NCBI RefSeq assembly: GCF_009914755.1
Contig: NC_060926.1
Strand: one strand, 5' to 3'
Length of the DNA stretch: 64,000 nucleotides
Origin: the human T2T-CHM13v2.0 reference genome, Homo sapiens
In this document: in pieces, positions 51,163-64,000 of the stretch
Layout of the letters: each line of letters begins with the position of its first letter
How positions within the stretch are numbered: the first letter of the stretch is position 1
Position numbers and translations under genes: made by a program
The notes under the pieces: model-generated
Told to the model about the DNA's origin: nothing
What the model saw: only the letters and a program-made list of their open reading frames with translations
Databases searched by the model: none

Positions 51163-52178
51163 TTACATTTTGGCATGATATTGCAGCGGCTGGTACGTGT
51201 TGTTCCTTTCCATGTTTAGTGCTTCCTTCAGGAGCTCTTTTAGGGCAGGCCTGGTGGTGACAAAATCTCTCAGCATTTGCTTGTCTGTAAAGTATTTTAT
51301 TTCTCCTTCACTTATGAGGCTTAGTTTGGCTGGATATGAAATTCTGGGTTGAAAATTCTTTTCTTTAAGAATGTTGAATATTGGCCCCCACTCTCTTCTG
51401 GCTTGTAGGGTTTCTGCCAAGAGATCCGCTGTCAGTCTGATGGGCTTCCCTTTGAGGGTAACCCGACCTTTCTCTCTGGCTGCCCTTAACATTTTTTCCT
51501 TCCTTTCAACTTTGGTGAATCTGACAATTATGTGTCTTGGTGTTGCTCTTCTCGAGGAGTATCTTTGTGGCGTTCTCTGTATTTCCTGAAGCTGAACGTT
51601 GGCCTGCCTTGCTAGATTGGGGAAGTTCTCCTGGATAATATCCTGTAGAGTATTTTCCAACTTGGTTCCATTCTCCGCATCACTTTCAGGTACACCAATC
51701 AGACGTAGATTTGGTCTTTTCACATAGTCCCATATTTCTTGGAGGCTTTGCTCATTTCTTTTTATTCTTTTTTCTCTAACCTTCCCTTCTCGCTTCATTT
51801 CATTCATTTCATCTTCCATTGCTGACACCCTTTCTTCCAGTTGATCACATCGGCTCCTGAGGCTTCTGCATTCTTCACGTAGTTCTCGAGCCTTGGTTTT
51901 CAGCTCCATCAGCTCCTTTAAGCACTTCTCTGTATTGGTTATTCTAGTTATACATTCTTCTAAATTTTTTTCAAAGTTTTCAACTTCTTTGCCTTTGGTT
52001 TGAATGTCCTCCCGTAGCTCAGAGTAATTTGATCATCTGAAGCCTTCTTCTCTCAGCTCGTCAAAGTCATTCTCTATCCAGCTTTGTTCCGTTGCTGGTG
52101 AGGAACTGCGTCCTTTGGAGGAGGAGAGGCGCTCTGCGTTTTAGAGTTTCCAGTTTTTCTGTTCTGTTTTTTCCCCAT
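51163..52178 (-). pseudogene. L1 ORF1 with an early 1-nt frameshift
   Basis: ATG GGG AAA AAA at 52178; ccaaaggacgcag lacks one A relative to the recalled consensus ccaaaggaacgcag; the downstream 248 aa are intact. Confidence 0.88.
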
Positions 52179-53085
52179 CTTTGTGGTTTTATCTACTTTT
52201 GGTCTTTGATGATGGTGATGTACAGATGGGTTTTCGGTGTGGATGTCCTTTCTGTTTGTTAGTTTTCCTTCTAACAGACAGCACCCTCAGCTGCAGGTCT
52301 GTTGGAATACCCTGCCGTGTGAGGTGTCAGTGTGCCCCTGCTGGGGGGTGCCTCCCAGTTAGGCTGCTCGGGGGTCAGGGGTCAGGGACCCACTTCAGGA
52401 GGCAGTCCGCCCATTCTCAGATCTCCCGCTGCGTGCTGGGGGAACCACTGCTCTCTTCAAAGCTGTCAGACAGGGACATTTAAGTCTGCAGAGGTTACTG
52501 CTGTCTTTTTGTTTGTCTGTGCCCTGCCCCCAGAGGTGGAGCCTACAGAGGCAGGCAGACCTCCTTGAGCTGTGGTGGGCTCCACCCAGTTCGAGTTTCC
52601 CGGCTGCTTTGTTTACCTAAGCAAGCCTGGGCAATGGCGGGTGCCCCTCCCCCAGCCTCGCTGCCGCCTTGCAGTTTGATCTCAGACTGCTGTGCTAGCA
52701 ATCAGCTAGATTCTGTGGGCATAGGACCCTCCGAGCCAGGTATGGGATATAGTCTCGTGGTGCGCCGTTTTTTAAGCCGGTCTGAAAAGCGCAATATCCG
52801 GGTGGGAGTGACCCGATTTTCCAGGTGTGTCCGTCACCCCTTTCTTTGACTCAGAAAGGCAACTCCCTGACCCCTTGCGCTTCCCAGGTGAGGCAATGCC
52901 TCGCCCTGCTTTGGCTCGCGCACGGTGCGCACACCCACTGGCCTGCGCCCACTGTCTGGCACTCCCTAGTGAGATGAACCCGGTACCTCAGATGGAAATG
53001 CAGAAATCACCCGTCTTCTGCGTCGCTCACGCTGGGAGCTGTAGACCGGAGCTGTTCCTATTCGGCCATCTTGGCTCCTCCCCTG
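52179..53085 (-). promoter_or_regulatory. L1 5'UTR internal promoter (with antisense promoter region)
   Basis: Intact CpG-rich 5'UTR including the YY1 site CAAGATGGCC; established L1 biology. Confidence 0.8.
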
Positions 53086-53359
53086 CCAGATACTGTTTTC
53101 TACTGTGAAATCTGTCACTGCAGAATATTAAGGGCCAATTCCTCAATCTGGGTGACCACACTGGGGGCCACTTTCTCCCTCACAACTCCTTGGCATCTCA
53201 CCCAAGTTCAGAAGTCAAAGAGGAGGCCTTCAGAGACAAAGAACTATTCTTAGGGCTTAACCAATTTCGCTTACTGACATAGATATTTCCCAAGGTGCTG
53301 TGAACTTCAGAAGTTATTTCAAAACCCAGTTCAATCTTATTTACATTTTCATCCATTGC

Positions 53360-54290
53360 TTTTTGAATAGTTTCAGATTCACAGAAGAGTTAGAAAAATA
53401 GAATTGAGAGTTTGAATGTACCTTACACCTAATTTCTCCTATTATTAGCAACTTACATTAGTATGGTACTTTTTTTTTTAACAATAAATGAACCAATATC
53501 GAAGCATTATGATTAACTAAAGTCCATACTTTATTCAGACTTCTTTAGTTTTTAACCTACTGTCTTTTTCTATTCCAGGATACCACATTACATTTAGTCA
53601 TCATGTCTCCTTAGGCTCCTTATGGCTGTGACAGTTTCTCAAAGTCCCACTGTACTTGATGAGAGCTTTGAGGGGTACTGGTCAGCTATTTTGTAGACAT
53701 TTCTCAAATGGGAACTGTCCAGTGTTTTTCTCATGATTAAACTGGGGTTATGAGTTTTGGGGAGCAAGAGCACAGAGGGATAATGCCATTCTCATCATGT
53801 CATATGAAGGATACACACTATCAGCTTGACTTACCTAGTTACTTTTCCCAAGGTGTATTTCAATATGGTTTCATGTACCCTCCCCCTGTGAAAATTACAA
53901 GGGGATTTATCTCTAATTTTCACAGTGAGAACCCTGCTAGGGTTTCTGGAGGTAAAATCCACAAATTCATAGGCCCCCAAAGGCGGAGCCCCCAGGAGTT
54001 TCTAAGTCTTTGCTGGTCCACACTAAGCCTCCAGCAATCCAACAAAGTCCTCATTAAATATTCTTACCAGTTTATGGCTCCAGGAGCATCTGCTCCCAGT
54101 AAACAGATGACAGCTATATCTCTCTGGATGCCCCTGTTTCTTCACATTTTGGGGTGACTGTTTGACCTGCAACTTAAGTTCTCTGATAGGTTCAAGAAAG
54201 ACAATTAATTTTTAATTCATCTAGCTTTTTCTTGTAAGACTGAGAGTCATGTCTTCCAAGCTCGTTACATGTCAAAGCTGAAAAATTCAC
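53360..54290 (-). mobile_element. Old L1M(C) fragments
   Basis: aagtccatactttattcagacttctttag.. 3' region; 53890-54280 resembles 25610-26040. Confidence 0.6.
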
Positions 54291-55040
54291 TGTTTTAATG
54301 CAAGCTTATGCAGCATCACTCATAAGGAAGTAAAATCAGTGGCCTAAAAACCTTGCTTTAATAGGCAGGTGATCTTTGAATTGAGTTATCTGCTACGCTG
54401 GTTTCACTGTATGAAATTTAGAGTGCCTTGGAAACCAGCTTTCAACAAAAATGTATTTCTCTCTTGGCTAATTTGGCTTTATTCCATTCAGAGGTACCAT
54501 CGTAAAAGGATAAAAGCATTGGAACTTGCATCCAAAGATACAGACTTTTGGTATCTACAGCAAAAAATCTTACTGGACCATCTCTCTCTCTCTCTCGCTC
54601 TCTCTCTGAGACTCAGTTTCCTCTTTTGTCAAATTTATTGGCCACAGGGATGTCCTCTAATTTATGTGTCTAGCACAAAACCTGGTACAGTATAGGCTTC
54701 ATTGAAAACTGAACTGAAATGCCTGCACAATCCATCTCATGGTGTTATTATGACAATTAAACAAAATAATGTACATGTAAGCTCTTTGCAAACTTCAAAG
54801 AGCCTTATAAACACTGCTCCTTTATTTATCAGTCATCAATCATGAATGCATGTCTGCATGCAAACATTTTCTATGGAGGATTTTCATTTGTTTGTTTGCT
54901 TGCTTGTTCATGTTGGGTTTTTTTTGTTTTGTTTTGGTTTGGTTTTTATTTTGACGTTGTGCAGGTAAGAAGGAAGGCAGTATTAAAGAGTTAATTTTTA
55001 TTCAAATTATAGATTGATTTCAGTTATAGCAACACTATAC

Positions 55041-55204
55041 ATTCCTCAGCTTGTCCAATTAAAAATCCTGGCAAGTGTTTTGATATTTGACAGCTCTGCT
55101 GTCAAGCAATTCTGTTCTACAATTAATCATGGCACAGCCATTTCTTCAACTACTGCCACAATATAAAGGCATCATTGTACACGCAGACATAGTACACTTG
55201 TATA
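55041..55204 (-). pseudogene. Pseudo-exon
   Basis: ctccttttaaacag/gtatag; YTSVLCLRVQ*CLYIVAVVEEMAVP*LIVEQNCLTAELSNIKTLARIFNWTS*G. Confidence 0.65.
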
Positions 55205-55533
55205 CTGTTTAAAAGGAGGCAGAACTAATGAACATTAAAAATTTACTACTCTGTAGATTGCAGTTGCATGGCCAAGATTTATTATTAAACCCATTCTATT
55301 TTAATACTATCACTGCTCCTATCTGAGCTTAGATACAAGTGTTCAGATATTGCAGTTTTCCATTTCCTAGTTTGAGAAATTAAGATTCTGCTTTCTTTGA
55401 GTTCTTTTGAGGGTTGGCCAGATAGGTGCACTGTACAACGACTGGGATCCTTTAATGATTGAGTGTCAGCTCCTGGGTTTTGGTTGTTGTTTTGTCTGGA
55501 TCAGTGTTTGTTAGACACAACTATAGCACCTAC

Positions 55534-55702
55534 CTCCTTTCCTCCCCCACTGTCAGTGACTTCCTGAGGCAAACAAGTTTGCCACAAATCAAAATGCTTG
55601 CAACATACATCTCTATGAACCTGTTCCATCTCTCCTTGGCAACTTGCCACTTTGCTTCACTCTTAGCACTGAACACCCTGCATTTACCAAATGGCTTGGT
55701 AT
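55534..55702 (-). pseudogene. Pseudo-exon
   Basis: tttactaaag/gtaggt, 169 bp; frame ambiguous (one frame fully open: DTKPFGKCRVFSAKSEAKWQVAKERWNRFIEMYVASIL..). Confidence 0.55.
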
Positions 55703-56776
55703 CTTTAGTAAATTAACCATTTCATGGGAATTCTACCCTTCCACCAGAATCATGTGTTTCTCATAGAGAGGCATGTTACATTTAAAGCAGTCTCAGGCAG
55801 CTTTGAACAAATACATTACCACTGTTTTTCGTTACTATCAGTTCCTGTTTACCTGTCTCATTTGTCAAGCAATCCCATCACAAATTACATAAATGGTCAT
55901 CTAGAAACTACAGATACATTGGTTAAAAAATTTGTGTAAAAAATAGATATAAGCTTTTACCTTTAGAGGTAATTACAACTACTTACTCTGGTGACAGTTT
56001 GTGATTTTTCTGATTTTCATCTTTACAGACTTCCATGTTGAACTCCATTACTAATACTTTATGCAACTTCATAATCACCCCTGCTACAACAATACTGTGA
56101 GTTGCTATTAAATTGCCCTCCCAAAAAATGTGATACAAACACAATCTCAAAACTTCATTTTAATTTTTTTAAAAATCAACTGAAAAGTGTGCTTTTTATA
56201 TATGTTGATAAATACCATAATAAAGTTCTGCTGTCACTTAGGGAAGCAAGTGAATGTAATTGGTGAATAAATTAAGTTCAGACTATATTAACTATGTGTG
56301 TAAGGAAGGAGTGGGTGCCTGAGCCTAAGATTGATATGAAGTAAATGGAAATTTTCAAGCTCTGAATTTTTTTTCCCACTGCCTTATGATCTGATCTTAA
56401 ATCTGTTCTATGCTTTTTTTAAAAAAATAAAACTGATCATTTCTTATTCTAGAAATGCCAGAAATAATGCAACACCACAGTTTCACACTTAGAGATTGCT
56501 CACTCTGCACTTGTCAAGATCAAAGTGAGTGCAGTTTCACATGCTAGTCTGGTTGTGTAGCATGGTTGTGTGGCATGGGACAGTTTGTGTGGCATGGTAG
56601 CCTCACAGGAAAATAGTAATTCTGGATAAGATTAGTCTTGCTATGGTTCCTGGTCCTGATGTCCTGTCTCTTCATACATGTGTGTACAACTGCTCCTAAA
56701 CCAGTGCTCCTAAAATCAATGCTTGTCTGTCTTCACTAGGGAAGGGAAGGGGAGGGGAGGGAGAAATTGTCCCTAC

Positions 56777-57751
56777 TTTCAGTTTTGCATTCCAGTAGAG
56801 AAGATTAATTTTTTTTTTTAATGTAACTTCAACTTTTATTTTAGATTCGGGGGTACATATGCAGGTTCATTACACAAGTATATTGTGTGATGCTGAGGTT
56901 TGGGGTATGATTAAACCACCATGAGATATCATCTCACACCAGTTAGAATGGCAGTCATTAAAAAGTCAGGAAACAACAGGTGCTGGAGAGGATGTGGAGA
57001 AATAGGAACACTCTTACACTGTTGGTGGGACTGTAAACTAGTTCAACCATTGTGGAAGTCAGTGTGGCAATTCCTCAGGGATCTAGAACTAGAAATACCA
57101 TTTGACCCAGCCATCCCATTACTGGGTATATACCCAAATGACTATAAATCATGCTGCTATAAAGACACATGCACACGTATGTTTATTGCGGCATTATTCA
57201 CAATAGCAAAGACTTGGAACCAACCCAAATGTCCAACAATGATAGACTGGATTAAGAAAATGTGGCACATATACACCATGGAATACTATGCAGCCATAAA
57301 AAATGATGAGTTCATGTCCTTTGTAGGGACATGGATGAAATTGGAAACCATCATTCTCAGTAAACTATCGCAAGAACAAAAAACCAAACACCGCATATTC
57401 TCACTCAGGTGGGAATTGAACAATGAGAAGATTAATTTTTATCATCATATCCTCTCATTCAGTCCCTCTTGTCACCAACAGCATTTAGTTTAGTGATAAC
57501 TACACTCTGCAGTCACAAAACAGTGCAGTTATAAAGAATCTCTCAAGAACCAAGTTTACACACATGGCATCATCAACACTGATACCCATCTAGCTAAAGT
57601 AACTAGCAATTTATTAAAATCATGCACCAAATCAGCAATAGAGCCAGTCTTTACATATACCTTCCCAGCTACTCATCAGGAATGTGATGAAATATGGCTT
57701 TTGAAATTTAACTCAATGCTCAAGAAATGATTGCACCCGAAGTAGGTAATA
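56777..57751 (-). pseudogene. Pseudo-exon split by the chimeric L1 insertion
   Basis: With the insertion removed: ITYFGCNHFLSIELNFK..GKVYVKTGSIADLVHDFNKLLVTLA/fs/[46 protein letters not shown]; gtaggg donor. Confidence 0.65.
56814..57424. mobile_element. 5'-inverted L1 chimera: old L1PA15/16-type tail (minus, 56814-~56912) plus young L1PA ORF2 end (plus, ~56913-57428)
   Basis: 16-bp TSD GAGAAGATTAATTTTT at 56798-56813 and 57425-57440; ORF 56921-57493 is nearly identical to the young L1 ORF2 C-terminus. Confidence 0.88.
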
Positions 57752-57759
57752 CTTAACTT

Positions 57760-58000
57760 TATAGTAGTCACATAGTTTCTCTGAGTCTGAATTTTCTCCT
57801 CTGTAAAATGAGAAGTCTGATACCTACCTTTTCTGATAATAATAGGCACCACTTTTTGAACCTCTGCCTTGTGCTAGACACTGTGAAGTAGTTTACATTC
57901 ATTATCTCCATGAACCACTCCATTCTGTAAGCTAAAGTTACCTCTATTTTAAGATGAAAAGCTTGGGCAGAAGTTAAATAACTTGCTCCAAGGCTGTATA
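57760..58000. mobile_element. MIR fragments (two, opposite orientation)
   Basis: ctctgagtctgaattttctcctctgtaaaatgag; ctattttaagatgaaaagcttgggcag. Confidence 0.6.
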
Positions 58001-58986
58001 TAAAGCATCAGAAACATTCTATAAGGCAGTATTTATGAGATTTTAGACATTTGCCCTCCACCTTCAGGACTTTTCCTGCATCTGCTTACCACATATGTGT
58101 TGTATATTTAATATTTTCTGTAAGTTGACTCAATTTGTTACTTAATTTTTTTTATTTTGAAAGGAAACTTTAATGACCTGGAAATGGAAAACCAGCATTA
58201 GTACTATGAATAAAAAGTAAATTATAAAAATGAATACAATAAGATCAAAAGAATATTACTAAAGTTTAACTCACTTCCATTGGCCACCTGCTGAACATTC
58301 TGAGCCTGAGTGAAATTTGCTTTTTTTGTTGTTAAAAAGGATATCAACAAGGGGGAGAAAAATTAAAAGCACTGGCATAAATACTGAACTTTGTCCTAAT
58401 ATAATCAGGACTGAAAGATTATTGAAAACAGAATACAGTCCTCAATATGGGTTCAAGGCTACATAATGCCATAATCCTGTACTACCTAAGCCATTTTGAA
58501 GGCTGGCAGAGAAAAGTGTCCCATCTTTAGGAAACGATGCTTTAAACAAAGTAAGGGAGAAAAAAATCCAGAATTGTTCTCATGTTTTCATATCTAGCAA
58601 TTCCCAACACTATTTCCTATGTATATTCACAAACTGAAAGCAATTCATATTCCTCCTCCACTAAAATTTAAGAATGAACCCTGGGCAAAAGGAATATTGA
58701 TCATAACGGAATCTAGATTCCCCTATGCTATTCTCTAGCATGAATAGTGCCAAATGGTAGATGTAGGATGCTGTGATATGCCTACTCTGAAGCTTTTGTT
58801 AAAATAGTTTCCTCTCTGGCTGTTCCAAAGATTTCTGTAAGTGATCTGATAATCCTTAACAGATCCCTTTCTGCTTAAACCAGTTCTAGTGGGTTCTGTA
58901 ATTGAAAAGTAAGAATCTTGCAGACACGAGTAAGTAGAGTGAACTATCCCTTGTATTTCTGGAGAGATTTATCTTTTTCTTTATAC

Positions 58987-59122
58987 CCTAGGATGCCAAG
59001 AAAAGCACACAAATCCTGGAAACCAAAATATTATTTCCTAAATCAGATGGAATGGGAGTGACCCATGAAATCACTTAATAATTTTTTCACAAGACCACTT
59101 ATAAACAGCAGACCTTTACCAT
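58987..59122 (-). pseudogene. Pseudo-exon
   Basis: ctgctccacag/gtataa, 136 bp, phase 1->2, DGKGLLFISGLVKKLLSDFMGHSHSI*FRK*YFGFQDLCAFLGILG. Confidence 0.75.
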
Positions 59123-59517
59123 CTGTGGAGCAGTGAGTTCATGGAATAGATTAAGAGGAGGAAGGTATGTAGAAAATTTTTGCTTTAGGTGGCCCTGATT
59201 CAAATCATGAATAGCAAGGGAGAAAGGCAAATTTCTATGCACAAAATAATGTGCCTAATGATTGGGTCTTTCCAGTAGATTTATAAGAAAAAAATGATGA
59301 CAAGTATGTCATGTGTAAGATTACATAAGAAGAAACAATAATGTGGAAACAAAGTAGCTAAATTCATATACTGTAATGTACCTAGGTTGACTTTCATATT
59401 AACATCTTTGAGATTAGTTTAAACCAGATAGAGGGAAAGTTTCCTCTCTTATATATGGTGTCTTCTAGAGAAAGAAACTAAGGGAAGGGGAAAAAGATCT
59501 TTTCTTTCAATACATAC

Positions 59518-59975
59518 CAGTGAGACACAGGACCATATTTTTCCAATCTACTAAAATTTTGGAAGAAATTAACAAATTTAAATTATCTCACTTTTCGCTC
59601 TGTTTAGACTTGTGTTTTTTTCTGGCTTGTTCTTTTCTTTTAAGCAATAATTCTTTTGGAAAACTTCTGCAAACTGCAATCTCTATGGCTGAGAAGTTAT
59701 AAGCAATCTCCTTCAAGTTTATAGATCAATTTCTGTAGGTTGAAAGACCTACATGCAGAAGGAAGATTGAAACCAACAATTCTCATCTACATCTTTCTCC
59801 CTAAAACTCTCTTCCCCTTAACAGGTCAATATTCTAACAATTTCTGACTCTGCTATGTCATATGTGGTAGTCTGAAGTATTAATCTAATGCCCTGTCTAC
59901 TACAAATATGTTCAGAAAGTCCTTGCCCCAGTAGATCTTCCTTTGTAGGACATTCATTTCTCCATTAGTAAATAC
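59518..59975 (-). pseudogene. Pseudo-exon (possibly two)
   Basis: cttaag/gtatgt; VFTNGEMNVLQRKIYWGKDFLNIFVVDRALD*YFRLP..FNLQKLIY/fs/NLKEIAYNFSAIEIAVCRSFPKELLLKRKEQARKKHK..DNLNLLISSKILVDWKNMVLCLT. Confidence 0.75.
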
Positions 59976-60247
59976 CTTAAGCTGCACAGGCCTTTGTACT
60001 TTTCAGCATATTTTATATTTGTAGGCTCATTAGATTTTCACAATTGTGCTAGGAGACCAAATAAAGACATGACTGTCTCCACTTTACAGATGAGCTACTT
60101 GAGGTAGCTTGCCCCAATTCACAGAGCAACTGCTGACTGAACCGAGTCTAAATTCAGTTCTAGCTCTAAGCCCACTCTCTTCCTACTGAACTACATTGGG
60201 TGGTCTAGAAATAAAAATAAATTATTATTTTCTGTTACTTGTGTTAC

Positions 60248-60541
60248 CTTTTTCCCCTCAAGGCTTTTTATAAGAACTGAGGTCAGTATAAACATTGCAT
60301 ATGTCTTCCTGATAGCTCTAGTCTTTGGGGCAAAAAGATATTCTCTCCTTAGTGCTTTGACCCAGTGAGTAAAATTTCACATTTCTATGAATTTAAATAG
60401 CCTAGGATTCTTAGCATGCTGAAGGAACTAACTTGGTATTTCAGTTGGCTAGTTATTTCTCTCTAGAAAATCCAGTCATTAGTAAAGAACAGAATAGAGA
60501 CCTGAAACAGTTAATATCATTTCCAAAGGTGAAGTTATAAC
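60248..60541 (-). pseudogene. Pseudo-exon
   Basis: ttacttctag/gtaaca, 294 bp, phase 0->0, VITSPLEMILTVSGLYSVLY**LDFLE..KNPRLFKFIEM*NFTHWVKALRREYLFAPKTRAIRKTYAMFILTSVLIKSLEGKK. Confidence 0.72.
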
Positions 60542-61153
60542 CTAGAAGTAATTTAGGCAGCAAGAGAAAATGTCTCACTTCAAAGACGGGAATGCTGAAC
60601 CATGCATACAAATGTGACTGCTAACTCATGTGTGACTCAAAATCAGCAACCATGGGTTCCAGGGGCTAAAAAGGACCTCAAGAAGCCATCTGGTCCACAC
60701 CCACTTTCCCATGAAGTCTTCTCTTCACATTAAAAAATGTGGCACTTCAGCCCAGAGATACTAGGTGGCCTGGTGGTTAAAAGGAAGGTTGACAGACTGG
60801 TGGTTAAAAAGGCACCTAGAATCCAGTTCTCTGGTTCCCTGGTTGGAATGCATTGGTTTACTGTGTACTGTGTCTCTTGGGCAGCCTAATTTGTTTGAAG
60901 AATAAGGGAGTGAACAACATATCAAATGGGTTAAATGGTCAAGGAAGATAAGACCCCAAGCATCCATTAGATTTAGCCTTATGGAATTTCTCAGTGACCT
61001 TAGTGAACACAGTTTTAGTGATATAGTGGGAAACAGAAGCCAGAAGAGATAATTATAGAGAAATCCTTAAAAACATTGGTTCTAAAGGGAAAAGAAGGGA
61101 AATAGCAGCAGCTGGAGATGGATGTGGGGTCCAGAAGGGTTCCTGTGAGTGGG

Positions 61154-61168
61154 GTGTGTGTGTGTGTG

Positions 61169-61198
<30 letters not shown>
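61154..61198. repeat. (GT)n microsatellite
   Basis: Interrupted GT array. Confidence 0.95.
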
Positions 61199-61201
<3 letters not shown>

Positions 61202-61628
61202 AAGGGATAAAAGGGGGAAGATTTCCTTTAAGACTGAAGAGACTATAGTATTTTTAAATGCTATTGGGAAGAATCTGGTAAAGATAAAAATTTAGATGTT
61301 GAAGATATGAGTGAGAGACAGGATGAACTAAGAGTTCCAGAGAAAGTAGCTATGTGTAAGGTCAGAGAGCACAAGGAGGTGCAGAGGGAAGGATGCCTCC
61401 TGCATTACAACAGGAGGGAAGAAAGTGGATGCAAAATCCTTAATGAGCAGAGCTGTAGGTCTGCTAAGTAGTAAATGAAGGAGCTCAGTGTCTAAAGGCT
61501 TCCATGTTTTCCATGATGTAGAAGAGAGAGTCATATGCTGAGAATAGGGAGGCGCATATTGTCAGAGATTGATCAAAGATTTGAGGAGAGTAGAAAAGCT
61601 TTGAGGTGATTGTTAAAAAGAATGGTAG

Positions 61629-62030
<402 letters not shown>

Positions 62031-63279
62031 TTAATTGCTGGGAAAATCTATGAAGACGATGTAGGTGGAATTCCTCAAATTGCTTTTTTATTAAAGGTGA
62101 GTGTGGAAGATGGACAAGGTATGGGAATTTATATGACATAGAAAAGGAGTGTTTGAAATAGTAGAACATGGAATCTGAGCTGGAGAGAATGGGAAGTGAA
62201 GATAGCAGGGCTTTAATAGATTAAGAAGGAGGATAGTTATCAATCTTGATCAAGGAAGTCCTGATGAGGTGAGAGAACACTTGAAGAGGAGGTACTTTAC
62301 AAAGCAAGTTGGAAAGTTAGAAAGTTGTTGTCAGAGAGGGAAATGCTTAAATTAATAACTTCAGAGGTAGAGTCACAGCAATGACAAGTTCCACAGTGAA
62401 ACTTTGAAAGAAGTGGCTACAGTAGAATAGAGGAGACAGACATTGGAGATGAGAAGGTCAAGGGACTCAGAAACAAGGAGGCTGAGTAAGTTGCCTACAT
62501 GTAGGAGTCTCTGAGGAGAGGAGGACTGACTGTAGGTGTTCATTGAATAAGGAGATAGAAGGAGACAGAAACAAAGACTGTGATGGAGAGTGTTATGGTC
62601 AAGTGATCTGAGTCTCATGGGGAGATACACATTTGTTCATTAACAAAAGTATGGAAATCTAGTCTGGAGCAGGAAACACTGGTGTAGTAAAGGCAATGAG
62701 AAAGAGAAGAGCGCACTGACTCTACCTCTTAAAGCTGATGAATGTGAATTGTGAGTAGATGAGCAGCCTCAATCTGAGAGTTCTGCAGGAGGAGAAATCT
62801 CTTAGGGACAGAAAGGCAAGTTCTAGAGAAGACATAAGATAGGTCAAGGAGACAGTAAAGACATGGGAGAACTTGCTGATCATCAGGGACTACTTTAGAA
62901 GAAACAGTGGAAGGGTTTCAGATGGAGAAGAGGAGAGGCTGTGTCAGAGGGGAGATCCGTCAAGGTCCAGTGCAGATCCGGTTCCCTCATGGCTGGAGCA
63001 GTTCACCAAGCTCTCCTCTAGTGCTCTGCCTTCATGGGACTCAGCATTTCTGTGTCTCTGCTTCCTTCTGCATATATTTTCATCAAGCACTTTATTCCTT
63101 CTTTATATCAAATTTGCCAGAGAGAGGATCCCCAATTGATTTCTGTCAGTCCTCATGGGCAGAGCTTTCCTGGCAGAGCACCTATCAGCCAAGGGCCCAT
63201 CCCTGATTCAGTTTTCCAGAGTAAAAGGCCACATGTACTAGCATGGTAGTTATTTGACTTGAATCTTGTTGAAGAAAAC

Positions 63280-63950
63280 TGTAGAGAAACCGGAACCCTC
63301 ATATTTTGTTGATGAAAATATAAAATAGAACAGCCACTTTGAAAAAAGAGTTCGGTCATTTCTTAAAAAGTTAAGCATATACTTATGCACCCCAATAATT
63401 CTATTCCTAGGTACCTACCTAAGAGAAATGAAAATATATGTCCCACAAAGATATGCACATGAGTGTTTGTAGTAACATTATTCACAGTATTTGAAAACTA
63501 GAAACTATTTATGTCCATCAATTGGCAAATAGATAAAATGTTATATATGCATATAATTGAATACATACAATTGAATACTACTCAGGAATAAAAAGGAACA
63601 AATGACTGATACATACTACAGCACAGATAAACCTCAAAGATATTATGATAAGTGAAAAAAGCCAGATACAAAAGACTACATCTTTTCTTATTCCATTTAT
63701 ATGAAATTTCTAGAAAACGCAAATATGTAGAGACAGAAAGCAGATCTAGGGTTGTCTAGGGCTGGGAGTGGGAGTGAAGATTCACTGCAAATGTGTAGGA
63801 GATAACGTTTTGATGGGATGAACATTTTGTAAAAGTAGATTGTGCTATTTGTTGCACAACTATATGAATTTACTAGAAATCATTGATCTGTATACTTAAA
63901 GGGGGTGAATTTTATTGTACGTGAATTATGCCTAAGTAAAGCTATTTTAA
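63280..63950 (+). mobile_element. Old L1M 3' end
   Basis: ccactttgaaaaaagag.., agacagaaagcagatctagggttgtctagggctggg 3' UTR motifs. Confidence 0.8.
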
Positions 63951-64000
63951 AACTTTTTAGAATTTTTTAAATGAGTAAAAGATTTGAACAATTAATCAAA

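Noticed and set aside
60270-60300. Peptide ICNVYTDLS resembling ICNVIYDLS at 30.1 kb
   Set aside because: It is in a stop-rich frame that does not fit the splice phase; the phase-0 frame is more open, so the match is probably coincidental.

Overview
AT-rich primate (human/great-ape-like) genomic DNA, more than half interspersed repeats: Tigger1, AluJ/S/Y, a THE1 element, MST/MLT LTRs, MIR, L2 and nested L1s ranging from L1MC/L1MA through L1PB to a full-length young L1PA2/3. No intact cellular protein-coding gene is visible; the long ORFs in the track are L1 ORF1/ORF2. The main hidden feature is on the minus strand. The unique islands between repeats (about 6.6 kb to at least 60.5 kb) read as about 26 mostly AG/GT-bounded segments whose splice phases mostly chain together. 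They translate into a protein-like sequence of roughly 2,000 codons full of stops, frameshifts and broken splice sites. This looks like the fossil of a large multi-exon gene (an unprocessed, probably unitary, pseudogene) that I cannot name from sequence alone. Two young L1 insertions sit inside its former exons; one is a twin-primed chimera ending in an old L1 tail. A template-switching patch copied from the neighbouring THE1 lies at about 4.2 kb. Exon calls and repeat subfamily names were made by eye and are approximate.
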